Virus record (IMG/VR): IMGVR_UViG_3300022719_000227
Location: 1-42,641 of that record
Length of the DNA stretch: 42,641 bases
Origin: a virus
Lineage: Duplodnaviria; Caudoviricetes
Direction: 5' to 3' (one strand)
Shown here piece after piece: positions 24,861 through 34,252 of this stretch (the stretch's first letter is position 1; each line of letters starts with the position of its first letter). The notes under the pieces are model-generated. The model was not told the DNA's origin. It did no database searches and saw only the letters and a list, made by a program, of their open reading frames with translations. A program made the position numbers and the translations under genes.

Positions 24861-27016
24861 CAGCTCACCGGCCACGGGTTGAGGCTGTCGGGATCAGCGC
24901 GCCGGATCACGCGGTAGTCCTCGCTGAGGGCGGCGCGGTCGGTGGCGCTGAACTGGAACGTGATGCCGGCGGCGCTGCCGGCCGGGATCGGCGTCCAGTT
25001 GCGCGCGCCGACGGCCCGCAGCGTGCGGAAGCTGGCCTCGTAACTGCGATATTCCACCCGCTCGGCGTCCATATCTTCCGGCTCGGGCGTGAAGTCCGGC
25101 GTGCCGCTCGGCGGCGCCCACAGGCCGAAATAGATGTTGCCGTCGGCGTGCGGCAGCCAGAAACCGCTGCCGGAATCGGTGGTGAACAGGTTGTAGAAGT
25201 CCTCCAGGGTTTCGCCGCCGGCGTATTTCCAGCCCATCACAGGGTCGCCGATGGCGGTGGCGTGCGCGCTGAGCGTGGTGCTGTCGAGCTGGGCCGCGGC
25301 GGCGGCGCCGGCGGTGAGTTCGGTCAGCCAGGGCAGCAGCTCGCCGTAGCGGTTCTTGACGTCCTCGATCTCGTCGACGGTCACCAGCGAGATCTTGCCC
25401 GAGCCTTTGCACGCCATCGCCCAGACCGCCTCGTCGGCGCGCAGCCATCGGAATACGCGGCCGCTGCCCTGGATGCGGATGGCCGAGTCGGCGAACGGGT
25501 CGAGCAGCTCGGTGATCGGATCGCCGCTGCCGGCCACGGTGCCGAGCTGAATCAAGCCGGGGTCGGCGAAGTCTTCGTAGTCGATGCGGATGCGCTGGCG
25601 CTGGCCCGGGGTCATCACGTCGGCCGGGGTGTAGAGCCGCAGCGTGTTGACGGCGTCGCCGTAGTGCAGTTTCACGCGGATCCGGCCGAGCGAGTAGCTG
25701 GGGCTGGCGCCGTTGCCGCGCGCCATCACCTCGACGTGGCCGCCGGCGCTCACGTCGGCGCCGGTGCGCGCCTCCAGCTGGGTGCCGAGGTCGCCGGTGC
25801 CGCCGATGGTCTCGATGCCGTTGCTTCCGGGCACGGTGATCGCGCTGCGATCGAAATCGGCGATCAGCCGGCCGATGCTGTCCAGCACCCGCAGCCGCCA
25901 GACCTGCACGTCGGTGCCGGAGTGCTCCAGCTCGATTTCCGCGCCGCTGATGAAATGGTCCTCAGGCACAGCCGAGACGTCGAAGCCGGAGAAGCGCACG
26001 CGGTCGCTGAAATCGCCGTCGTCGAGCGAAACGGTAGCGAAGTTGGCGTCGGCGGTCTCGACATCGCCTTCCAGGCTGCCGCTGGCGTCGGTCCAGTCCG
26101 CGCCGCCCTGCTGCACCACGCGCGAGCTGCCGCCGGAAAGGCCCACCCAGCCGGTGTCGCCGAGCGTGTTCGGCGTGACGTCGATCTGCGCCGCGCCGCC
26201 GCCGGCCGCCTCGCTGATTTCGGCCACCCCGGCAATCTCGACCACGTCGATGCCGTTCGGCAGCCCGCCGGTCCAGGAATCGAAATCCCAGCGCACTACC
26301 TCGGTCTGCGTCTCGGTGTCGGCGGCCGGGCCGCCGTGGTCGAAGGTCGGCTGCAGGTAGGGAGGCTGCATCAGCTGCGCGCCCCAGTCCAGCGCCACGA
26401 AATCTGCCACCGGCGCGCCGCCGTCGGCGGCCCCGCGCACCACGTGCAGGCTCTGGCTGAGGTAGGTGATCAGGTTCACTGCATCCCAGATCTGCCCGGC
26501 GTCCTGGAACACCTCGCCCACGCCCACCGGAACAGTTCGGTTGATCAGGTTCTTGTTCGGTGCATCGGCGTGCACGCTGCCGGCGATTCGCTTTTTCAGC
26601 CACGGGAAGTTCGGCAGCTGCTCGGCGGTGAAGCGCCGGCCGCGCGAGCTCACCGAGCCGGTGCGCGAGATGAACCACGTCTCGAAGGCATCGAGTGTCT
26701 GGTCGCTCCAGCCGCGCCAGACCTGCGCCACGGCGCCTTCGACGCGCGCGGCGATCAGCCGCGCGACGATGCTCGGCACGCCGTCGTGCGCGCTGTCGGT
26801 AATCGAGATCGCGCCGAGCCGGGCGTAGGGCGTGGCCTTGTCGTGCTCGGTCTTCAGGCCCACGGATCGCGGAATGCGCGGATCCAGCAGCTGGAACCAC
26901 TGCCCGCCCTCGAGGCCGTCGGTGGAGAGCGTGTACGGCGCGTGCGAAAAACCGTACTGCAGCGCCACGCCGTTTTCGACGAATCCCAGCTTGGCGGCGA
27001 TCACGAAATGCCTCAT
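24860..27016 (-). CDS. Tail tip/hub protein, 718 aa
   Basis: Directly after the tape measure; VPVGVGEVFQ and ARNWTP motifs; central beta-rich insert. Confidence 0.7.
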   Translation of the reverse strand: MRHFVIAAKLGFVENGVALQYGFSHAPYTLSTDGLEGGQWFQLLDPRIPRSVGLKTEHDKATPYARLGAISITDSAHDGVPSIVARLIAARVEGAVAQVWRGWSDQTLDAFETWFISRTGSVSSRGRRFTAEQLPNFPWLKKRIAGSVHADAPNKNLINRTVPVGVGEVFQDAGQIWDAVNLITYLSQSLHVVRGAADGGAPVADFVALDWGAQLMQPPYLQPTFDHGGPAADTETQTEVVRWDFDSWTGGLPNGIDVVEIAGVAEISEAAGGGAAQIDVTPNTLGDTGWVGLSGGSSRVVQQGGADWTDASGSLEGDVETADANFATVSLDDGDFSDRVRFSGFDVSAVPEDHFISGAEIELEHSGTDVQVWRLRVLDSIGRLIADFDRSAITVPGSNGIETIGGTGDLGTQLEARTGADVSAGGHVEVMARGNGASPSYSLGRIRVKLHYGDAVNTLRLYTPADVMTPGQRQRIRIDYEDFADPGLIQLGTVAGSGDPITELLDPFADSAIRIQGSGRVFRWLRADEAVWAMACKGSGKISLVTVDEIEDVKNRYGELLPWLTELTAGAAAAAQLDSTTLSAHATAIGDPVMGWKYAGGETLEDFYNLFTTDSGSGFWLPHADGNIYFGLWAPPSGTPDFTPEPEDMDAERVEYRSYEASFRTLRAVGARNWTPIPAGSAAGITFQFSATDRAALSEDYRVIRRADPDSLNPWPVS

Positions 27017-30000
27017 TGCGGCCTCGATCGCTCGACGATCTGCGGCCCGCGCTCTGTGCCGAGCTCGATCTGCCGGGTGAGCAGCTGCCGGATCTGCGCC
27101 AGCTCCTGCAGCGTGAGCTGGCCCGTCGTCTCCTGCCCCTGCGCCTGCTGGGTGATGCGGCCCTCGATCTGTCGCAGCACGCGCACCGAGTCGCTGAGCG
27201 CCTGCTGGCTCTGCTGCGCGCCGTTCACGCCCGGGCCACCGCCGCCGCTGCCGCCAATCGGCGCATTGCCGTTGAGGTCGCGTAGCTCGGCGAGCTGGTC
27301 GCGCTGGATGTCGCGGATTTCGATGGCGGCGTTGAGCTGGCGCTCGCCGACGCTGAGGCCCTCGGGCCCGAGTGTGAGGCCTTGCAGCAGCCCGCGCAGG
27401 TCGGCCTCGAAGGCGGCGAACTGCTCGGTGGCGCTGCCGAATACACCTGCGCCGAGGTTGATGGCCTGCTGGAACAGCCCGGCGACCTGCTGGCCGGCCT
27501 GGAGGTCGCCGCCCTGCGCGGCGGCGGCGGCCTGGCGCAGTTGCAGTTCGGCCGCGTTTAGCCTCTCGATCGGCGTCAGGCTGCTCGGGCCGGAGACGAG
27601 CTGATTGTTGAGCGCGCCGCGGATGTCGTCGACCACGCGCTGCCAGTCGTCGGCCAGGCGGTCCAGGCTTTCGCCGCGCACGTCGGCGAGCTCCTTCTCG
27701 GCCTTGATGACGCTGGCGATGGCATCGCCGGCCGAGAGCAGGGTGGCGGTGTCCTCGGCGCTGAGCGTGCCCAGGAATTCGTCGAGCAGGCCGCGCAGGC
27801 CCTGCTGCGTGAACAGCTCGTCGGTGACGTCGATGCCCAGCCCGCCGAGCAGGTCGCTGGCGCGGTCGCGGCCGGTGCTGGCGCGCTGCTGCGCCAGCTC
27901 GTCGCCGGTGAACGCCGCGCCGAGCACACGGTCGAGCACGGCTGTGAACTGGCCGGCATCGTCGCCGAAGATGCTCACCAGCTCGGCGCCGAAGCGCGTC
28001 AGCCCGGCCTGGCTTTCGGCGAACTGCCGGCCGACCAGGTCGGCGGCGCGCTCAAGGCCGTTGACCACCGGCTCCAGCCGGCTGAAGGTGTCGAGGATGC
28101 TCTCGCCGCCGATGGCCACCTCGTCGAGCACGGTGGCCAACTCCTGGAACTCCAGCCCCAGCGTGCGCCCGCGCGCTTCGAGGTCCTCGAGGCGCAGCAG
28201 GTCGTTGAGGCGCTGCACCTGGCCGTCGAGCGTCTCGGCCTGCTCGACAAACTGGCGCGTGAAGGCGTCGAACGTGCCGAGCACGTCGTCGAACAGCAGC
28301 TCGAGCTGGCCCTCGATGTCGTCCGGCCCGCTGCGGCTGGAGATTCCGAAACGGCTGATGACGTTGGCGATCGCCGATTGCTGCCCGGGGTCGCGCACTA
28401 CGCCGGAAAGGGCGTTGAGGAATTCCGAGTAGCCGCGCACGATCTGGCGCTTGGCGGTGTCCTCAATGCCCCGGAAAGCAATCTCCAGCTCCGCGCCGAA
28501 GGCCGTCGAAATCACGCGGTCGGTGCCGGCGTCGGTGGCCTGGCTGGCGTTGCGGCCGCGCACTTGGAATTTGGGCACGCTCTCGCCGAATACGGCGTCG
28601 CCGATGATCGAGCCGATCAATGCGCCGATCGGGCCGCCGAGCGCGTTTCCGGCGGCGGTGAACGCGGCCTGCCCCAGATTGCCTTCCACGGCCTGGCCGA
28701 GCGCAAGCGCGAAGCCGGCGGCCGAATTGCGCTGGAAATCCTGCGATTCGAACGCGGCCGAGATGCCGTCGGTAAACGCGGTTTCGACGAATCCGGCCAG
28801 GTTGTCGTCGAGAAAATCGCCGATGCCTTGGCCGCCGAAGCCGGTCAGCGCGCTGCCGAGCGCGCTTTGCACGCCCTGCCCGTTCAGCACCGCGGTGGCG
28901 AAGTTGCTTCCGATCTGACTCAGCGCCCCGGCCTGCTGCGCCACCTGCCCCGTCGCATCGGCCAGGCCCAGCATCTGCCGGATGACCGGCGGCAGCGTGT
29001 CGAAGGCCAGCCGCTCGAGCTCAGCAGCCAGGCCCTGGCCGATTTCGTCGCGCTGGCGCTCGAAGCGTTCGGTGAGCAGGTCCAGCATCTCGCCGGCCTG
29101 CGCGCCTGTGATCTCGAAGGCACGGAACCGCTCGCCGACTTCCTGCGCGGCGGTCTGGTACTCGCGGAGCGCCCGGGCATACGGCCCGCCGAGATCCGCG
29201 CTCAGGTCGGCGATGGCGTCGTCCATTTCGCGCACGGACTCGGCCACCTCGCCAGCGCGTTCGGTGGCGGCGGTGGCTGAGTCCAGCGCGAAGTCGCGCA
29301 GGGAGCTGGTCAGTTCGCCGATGCCGTTGGCTGACTGCGCGCTGTTCCTGTCGACTTTGTCGATGGTCTGCGCGAACAGCTCGGCCGTCAAATCGGCAAC
29401 GCGGAAATCCTGATTGATGTCATCCAGTGTGGTCGACCAGATCGCGCCGATTCGCTCGGCGGCATCTTCGTTTTTCTCGGCGAGTTCTTCGGTCTGTTCT
29501 CCGGACTGGTTCAGGATCCGGAAGAACTCCGAAATTGCCGCGATGCCCCCATTTTCAATGCCGAAATCATTGAAGCCGTCGCCCATTATGAATTCGAACG
29601 CTGGCCGGGCTCCGGGGCCGAAGAGCCCGCCGAGGATGTCGCCACTTTTGAGTTTGTCGACACTGGCTTGCAGGCCGTTGAATGCGCTGAACTCCTCGGC
29701 CAGCACACCCAGCGTCTGCACCGTGGCCGAGGCAATGCGCCCCAGCCCGATCAGTCCGGCGGTGAACCGGGTTACGGCCAGCGCTGCCTGGTTCATGGCG
29801 TTGGCCGCATCGACGGCCCGGCCCTCCATGTCGTCGAGGTCGCGATTGGCCAAGACCACCTGGTCGCGCGCGCGGTCGAACGCCCCGGCCAGCCGGTCGA
29901 CGAAGTCGGCGGTGTTGGAGAACGCTTCGGCGACCGCGGCGCTGGCGCCGGTGGCTTCGTCGAGCACGCCGATGGTGCGGCGCACGCTGTTCTGGACCGA

Positions 30001-30786
30001 GGTCAGCGCCTCGCCCATGGTCTGGGGGATGGACGCCGATTCCGCGGCAATCTCGTCGGCCTGGTCGATGAGCGCGCGGCGCAGGATGTCGCTGGTCAGT
30101 TGCCCCTGCTCGGCCAGCCCGCGCAGCTCGCCGCGGGTGATGCCGAGCGAGTCGGCCAGCGCCTGCATCAGACGCGGGGCCTGCTCGTTGACGCTGTTGA
30201 ACTCGTCGCCTCGGAGCACACCGGCGGCGAAGGATTGCGAGAGCTGCCGGATGGCGCCGGCCGATTGGGCCGCGCTGGCGCCGGACACGCGCATGGACTG
30301 CGTGACGGCCTCGGTGATCGTCTCCAGCTCGCCGGCCGACGCGCCGGCATCGCCGAGCGACTGCGCCAGGCGCACGTACAGCTCGCCGACGGCGTCGACG
30401 GCACTGCCGCTGGCGTTGGCGATGTCGAGGATGCGCTCCTGCGCCTGCGCGGCCTGCTCGGAGGTATCGGTGACCAGGTTCAGCCGGGCTTCGAAGCGCG
30501 TCCACTGGTCGGCGGCCTGGGCGATCTGGCCGACGCCCAGCGCAGAGATGGCAAACGTCGCCGCACCGGCCATGCGCCGGAGCGTGCGGCTGGCGCTGCC
30601 GGTGGCGCGGCTGTACTGCTCGGTGGCGCGGCTGGCGCGGCGGGTCTGGCCGGTGTAGCGCTCCGCGCCGCGGGTGTTGCGCCCAAGCTGGGCGTCCAGC
30701 CGCTCGGCTTCCTCGCGCGTGGTGCGGAACGCGGCGATCACGCCGCGGCCGTCGCCGCGGAGTTCGACGACAACCGGTTCAGTCAT
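27013..30786 (-). CDS. Tape measure protein
   Basis: 1257 aa, Ala/Gly-rich; tape-measure N-terminal domain (ADQWTRFEARL...GVLRGDEFNSVNEQAPRL). Confidence 0.93.
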   Translation of the reverse strand: MTEPVVVELRGDGRGVIAAFRTTREEAERLDAQLGRNTRGAERYTGQTRRASRATEQYSRATGSASRTLRRMAGAATFAISALGVGQIAQAADQWTRFEARLNLVTDTSEQAAQAQERILDIANASGSAVDAVGELYVRLAQSLGDAGASAGELETITEAVTQSMRVSGASAAQSAGAIRQLSQSFAAGVLRGDEFNSVNEQAPRLMQALADSLGITRGELRGLAEQGQLTSDILRRALIDQADEIAAESASIPQTMGEALTSVQNSVRRTIGVLDEATGASAAVAEAFSNTADFVDRLAGAFDRARDQVVLANRDLDDMEGRAVDAANAMNQAALAVTRFTAGLIGLGRIASATVQTLGVLAEEFSAFNGLQASVDKLKSGDILGGLFGPGARPAFEFIMGDGFNDFGIENGGIAAISEFFRILNQSGEQTEELAEKNEDAAERIGAIWSTTLDDINQDFRVADLTAELFAQTIDKVDRNSAQSANGIGELTSSLRDFALDSATAATERAGEVAESVREMDDAIADLSADLGGPYARALREYQTAAQEVGERFRAFEITGAQAGEMLDLLTERFERQRDEIGQGLAAELERLAFDTLPPVIRQMLGLADATGQVAQQAGALSQIGSNFATAVLNGQGVQSALGSALTGFGGQGIGDFLDDNLAGFVETAFTDGISAAFESQDFQRNSAAGFALALGQAVEGNLGQAAFTAAGNALGGPIGALIGSIIGDAVFGESVPKFQVRGRNASQATDAGTDRVISTAFGAELEIAFRGIEDTAKRQIVRGYSEFLNALSGVVRDPGQQSAIANVISRFGISSRSGPDDIEGQLELLFDDVLGTFDAFTRQFVEQAETLDGQVQRLNDLLRLEDLEARGRTLGLEFQELATVLDEVAIGGESILDTFSRLEPVVNGLERAADLVGRQFAESQAGLTRFGAELVSIFGDDAGQFTAVLDRVLGAAFTGDELAQQRASTGRDRASDLLGGLGIDVTDELFTQQGLRGLLDEFLGTLSAEDTATLLSAGDAIASVIKAEKELADVRGESLDRLADDWQRVVDDIRGALNNQLVSGPSSLTPIERLNAAELQLRQAAAAAQGGDLQAGQQVAGLFQQAINLGAGVFGSATEQFAAFEADLRGLLQGLTLGPEGLSVGERQLNAAIEIRDIQRDQLAELRDLNGNAPIGGSGGGGPGVNGAQQSQQALSDSVRVLRQIEGRITQQAQGQETTGQLTLQELAQIRQLLTRQIELGTERGPQIVERSRPQ

Positions 30787-30804
30787 GGCGGCTGCGGCTC
30801 ATGC

Positions 30805-30990
30805 CTATTCCCCGAACAACACCACCAGCGGCCACAGGAACGCCATTCGCACGCGGTCCTTGCCGGTCATCTTCTGCGGCAGGCCGATCAGCCAGGCCGC
30901 CACGTCGACGGCCAGCGAGAACAGCACGCCGGCGGCGTAGGCCAGGAAAAGCGCGGTGAGCGTGATGAGAAGCCAGGTCGGCATGCTCAC
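30805..30990 (-). CDS. Small membrane protein, 61 aa (holin candidate)
   Basis: Two hydrophobic segments; GTGA-coupled. Confidence 0.55.
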   Translation of the reverse strand: MSMPTWLLITLTALFLAYAAGVLFSLAVDVAAWLIGLPQKMTGKDRVRMAFLWPLVVLFGE

Positions 30991-31541
30991 GTCTCGATCG
31001 CCGCCGCGGCGGCGAACAGGCGATCGAGCTGCTCGTCGGTCAGCCCCAGCGTATCGGCGGCTGCGGCGACGAGTACGGAGTCGCGGCGGATGTAGGGCGC
31101 GTACTCCCAGGACTCGACCAGCGCGCTGCCGGCCGGCTGCGCGGCGAGAAAGGCGTCGACGGCGTCCCGCATGCCGGCGTCGCGGATCGCGAGCCGGAGC
31201 TGGTGCGCGGGCACGGCCCGCTTGGCCGCTTCGGCCTCGGCGGCGATCTGCGCGGCGAGCCGGTCGCGTTCCTCGGCGGCGGCGTCGCGCTCGGCGATCG
31301 CCGCGTCGCGGGCCTGCTCGGCTTCGGTGCGCGCGGTCTCGGCCGTGGCCGCGGCGGCGGTCAGGCGCTCGACCTCGGCCAGGGCGTCGACGTGGAGCTG
31401 CTCGAGCACGTCGGTGAGCGGGTATTCGCCGGCGCCGTCGCCGACGGCCTGGATGGTGCCGTCGGCCCAGCGGATCGCGGTGCCCTTGTACTGGCCGGTC
31501 GCGCGGTCCCAGCGGCAGATGAGTTCGTAGGGGTTGGGCAT
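30987..31541 (-). CDS. Tail-fibre-associated protein, 184 aa
   Basis: Coiled coil plus QLRLA...WEYA..RDS.LV...LGLTDEQLDRLF motif; GAGG RBS. Confidence 0.7.
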   Translation of the reverse strand: MPNPYELICRWDRATGQYKGTAIRWADGTIQAVGDGAGEYPLTDVLEQLHVDALAEVERLTAAAATAETARTEAEQARDAAIAERDAAAEERDRLAAQIAAEAEAAKRAVPAHQLRLAIRDAGMRDAVDAFLAAQPAGSALVESWEYAPYIRRDSVLVAAAADTLGLTDEQLDRLFAAAAAIET

Positions 31542-31555
31542 GGGTGTACCTCGGG

Positions 31556-32776
31556 TCAGGAAATGACGGCCAGGTCGGTGAGCCGGCGCCAGTCCGCGCC
31601 GTCGGAGCGCGCGAGCACCGGGCCGCCGGCTTCGTCGGCGACGTCGATATAGGCACCGGCGTGGAGCGTGGCGTCGGGCACGGTGGCCACGGTGTAGCTC
31701 GGCGGGGCAAGCGGCGCGGCGGCGCGGATCTGGCCGTCGCCGTGGGCGAGGAGGTCGACGTGCATCGTCGCCGGCCCGGTGCCGGCGGCCTCGGCGCCGA
31801 GCTGGAGGTCGTCGCCGGAGAAGCGCAGCGCGGCGCGGCCGTAGTTGCTGGGGTCGGTGTAGGTGCGGTAGAGCTGGTATTCCTGGGGATTCGTGCCGTC
31901 CCTCTGCATCAGCACGCCGACGCCAGCGACCAAGATAACTCGCTGTGTATTTAGCAGATTGACGTCGTTGAAGTGCAGACCGCCTGGCCTGAGAATTTGC
32001 ACCTGCTCCGTGCTCCAGCGCAGGTAGGGGGTTCCGTTTAAAAACAAGGTTGGGCGCGTGAGCCTGATGCCGATTCCGGAACTGGAGTTCCCCAGGTAAT
32101 ATTTGACACCCTCGGAGTCCGGTGTACGGACAGACGCTGGCTCTATGTCCAGCCCGGATACATCGGCTGCCTGGAACCGCTCGACGAGCGTATATCCGTC
32201 CGCGCCATCTGTCTGCGGCACCTGCCCGGCGGCTTCGCCCGTGGGGTCGGGTACGCCGGCGCCGTCGGCGCCGGCGGCGCCGGGCACGAGGTCGAGCGTG
32301 AGCGTGAACGTACCTCCATCCCAACTCGCCGCCGGGGTCGTGCCCGGCGGCTGCGGCACGCCGACGACGCTGAAACCCTCGGCCAGGTTGATGCTGTCGG
32401 CGGCGGCTTGCTGGGCGGCTTCCTGGGCGAGCTGGGCGGCGGATTTGGCCGGCGGCGGGGTGGCGATGATGTCGCGGAAGTTCACCGGCGTGGCCGATTC
32501 GGGCACGACGATGCGCGTGCGCAGCGCGGGGCGATTGCCGCCGGGGCGGTAGACGGCGACTGCGTAGTGGCTGCCGCGATCGCCGTTGGGCGGCAGGTCG
32601 ACGGTGACCTCGCCACTCGCGTCCGGGCTGCCGCTCCATGTCTGCGGCACGACGGTGCCGCCGGGCCGCGTCTCGAAGCCGATGAGTTCGATGTAAATCG
32701 TCAGCTCGGCGAGTTCGTCGATGCCGGCGAACGGCTCGGCGAGCTGGAACAGCACGGGGGTCTTGGTCACGCTCAC
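31556..32776 (-). CDS. Tail fibre / receptor-binding protein, 406 aa
   Basis: Ig-like N-terminus, short GXY run, low-GC central segment, C-terminal PSYTVAT...SDGADWRR motif. Confidence 0.65.
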   Translation of the reverse strand: MSVTKTPVLFQLAEPFAGIDELAELTIYIELIGFETRPGGTVVPQTWSGSPDASGEVTVDLPPNGDRGSHYAVAVYRPGGNRPALRTRIVVPESATPVNFRDIIATPPPAKSAAQLAQEAAQQAAADSINLAEGFSVVGVPQPPGTTPAASWDGGTFTLTLDLVPGAAGADGAGVPDPTGEAAGQVPQTDGADGYTLVERFQAADVSGLDIEPASVRTPDSEGVKYYLGNSSSGIGIRLTRPTLFLNGTPYLRWSTEQVQILRPGGLHFNDVNLLNTQRVILVAGVGVLMQRDGTNPQEYQLYRTYTDPSNYGRAALRFSGDDLQLGAEAAGTGPATMHVDLLAHGDGQIRAAAPLAPPSYTVATVPDATLHAGAYIDVADEAGGPVLARSDGADWRRLTDLAVIS

Positions 32777-33072
32777 GAGTCCGGCTCCTTGCGCTGGCGC
32801 TGCAGCCGCCGCAGCTCGGCGCGGTCGGCGTTGGCTCGGTCGAGGCCGTCCTCGAGCGCCTGGATGTCGGCGTCGAGCCCGCCGTTGTCCAGCGGCGGTT
32901 CAAGCGGCGGGATCTCGATGGGCTCGACGAAGCGGGCCGGCAGGTCGATGAACACGGGTGTGGGCACGCGCTGGACTTCGGTGCGCGTGAGGCAGACCTC
33001 CGGGCCGCTGGCGCAGCCGGCGATCAGGACAACGATCGTGACGGCAGCGGCGAGCGCGGCGGGCTTATTCAT
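32773..33072 (-). CDS. o-spanin (Rz1-like lipoprotein)
   Basis: Lipobox LIAGC, Pro-rich; overlaps the i-spanin end. Confidence 0.82.
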   Translation of the reverse strand: MNKPAALAAAVTIVVLIAGCASGPEVCLTRTEVQRVPTPVFIDLPARFVEPIEIPPLEPPLDNGGLDADIQALEDGLDRANADRAELRRLQRQRKEPDS

Positions 33073-33541
33073 CGTCGGGCCCCCAGCGTTGAATCAGCCC
33101 GTTGCGGCGCTCGATCATCCGGTCGGCAATCTGCACGCAGACGAGCTGCGTGGCCCAGGACTGGCATTCGGGCTGCTGGTCGTAGATCTCGGCGCGCGCT
33201 TTGCGCTCGGCAGCCGATTCGGCGGCGCGCTGGTCGTCCCGGTCCTCGGCGGCGGTGGCGGCTTCGGCCAGGGCGTCCTCGCGGATCTCGATTTCGCCGG
33301 CCAGCCGCTGGATCTCGGCGCCGAGGTCGCGGATGTGCTGCGTCTGGGTTTGGTTGTCGGCGCGGCACTGCGCGAGCTGCTGGGCGCTGGCGCCGAGCTG
33401 GCGCTGTGCGGCCTGGAACTGCCACCAAAGCAGCGCGAGCGCGGCGAACTGGAGGCCGATGACGGCCACCAGGCCGAGCCCGACCTTGGCGGCCAGCGGC
33501 GCGCCGGCCGAGCCGATGAGGTTGGTGGCCCAGCGGATCAT
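33065..33541 (-). CDS. i-spanin (Rz-like), 158 aa
   Basis: N-terminal TM, long coiled coil, C-terminal CQSWATQ; ATGA-coupled to the endolysin. Confidence 0.82.
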   Translation of the reverse strand: MIRWATNLIGSAGAPLAAKVGLGLVAVIGLQFAALALLWWQFQAAQRQLGASAQQLAQCRADNQTQTQHIRDLGAEIQRLAGEIEIREDALAEAATAAEDRDDQRAAESAAERKARAEIYDQQPECQSWATQLVCVQIADRMIERRNGLIQRWGPDDE

Positions 33542-34179
33542 TCGCAGCCCTTGCGGTCTTGATACCAGCGCCAGGCGGCAAAGGCCACGCCGGCGATCAC
33601 CAGCCCGATGACCACGGCCGGCAGGTGGTCGGCCAGCTTGTTCAGCAGCGGCAGCGCCGGCTGGGCTTCGGAGAGCATGCTGGCGCCCGATGCAATCGCG
33701 GCGCCGCCGGCGGTCGCTGCGCCGGCGCGGGCCGAGGCCGTGGGCAGCTTGCGCGGCTTGTCCGGGGCGATGCCGGCCATTTCCAGCCCGCGGTCGATGA
33801 CTTCGGCCGAGTACGGCTGCCGGCCGTTCTCGTGCAGGATCATCGCCTCGATGAGCGGCCGCACGTGCGCGTAGCTGTGCAGGTCCAGCGCGGCATCGGG
33901 ATCGAGGCCGGTGGCGAACGCCACGTGGTCGATATAGGCCTGGGTGTCGTTCTCCACCGGCGGCGCCCAGCGCTTGACGACGGTGCGCAGCCGCTTGATG
34001 CGGTGCTTGTCCTTGTAGGTGATGAGGATCCGCGCCATGGCGCGGATACCCCACTCGGGCGCCCGGAAGCGGAAAAACTCCGGATCCGGCTGGTCGTCGG
34101 CAAGGCCCTGCCAGGGCGTCTTGCTGCGACGGATGTTGCCCGGATTGTGGTTACGGATGCCGCGCGGTACGTCAGGCAT
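33538..34179 (-). CDS. Endolysin (lysozyme-like RGIRNxNPGN family) with C-terminal membrane segments
   Basis: RGIRNHNPGNIR, WAPPVEND, HENG; upstream of the spanins. Confidence 0.85.
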   Translation of the reverse strand: MPDVPRGIRNHNPGNIRRSKTPWQGLADDQPDPEFFRFRAPEWGIRAMARILITYKDKHRIKRLRTVVKRWAPPVENDTQAYIDHVAFATGLDPDAALDLHSYAHVRPLIEAMILHENGRQPYSAEVIDRGLEMAGIAPDKPRKLPTASARAGAATAGGAAIASGASMLSEAQPALPLLNKLADHLPAVVIGLVIAGVAFAAWRWYQDRKGCE

Positions 34180-34252
34180 GGGTCACCTCGTCGATCTCGG
34201 TTGCCATGCCCCGGAACGCACGGGGCGGTGAACGGTCGGTGCGGGCCGGCCG

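Noticed and set aside
24728-27604. 958-aa + strand ORF (also 39013-41502, 15159-16991, 29668-31095 and similar)
   Set aside because: Antisense shadows of well-supported - strand genes in high-GC DNA; no motifs or RBS
22748-32776. Diversity-generating retroelement or invertible tail-fibre cassette
   Set aside because: No reverse transcriptase, no TR/VR pair and no inverted fibre-gene copies seen
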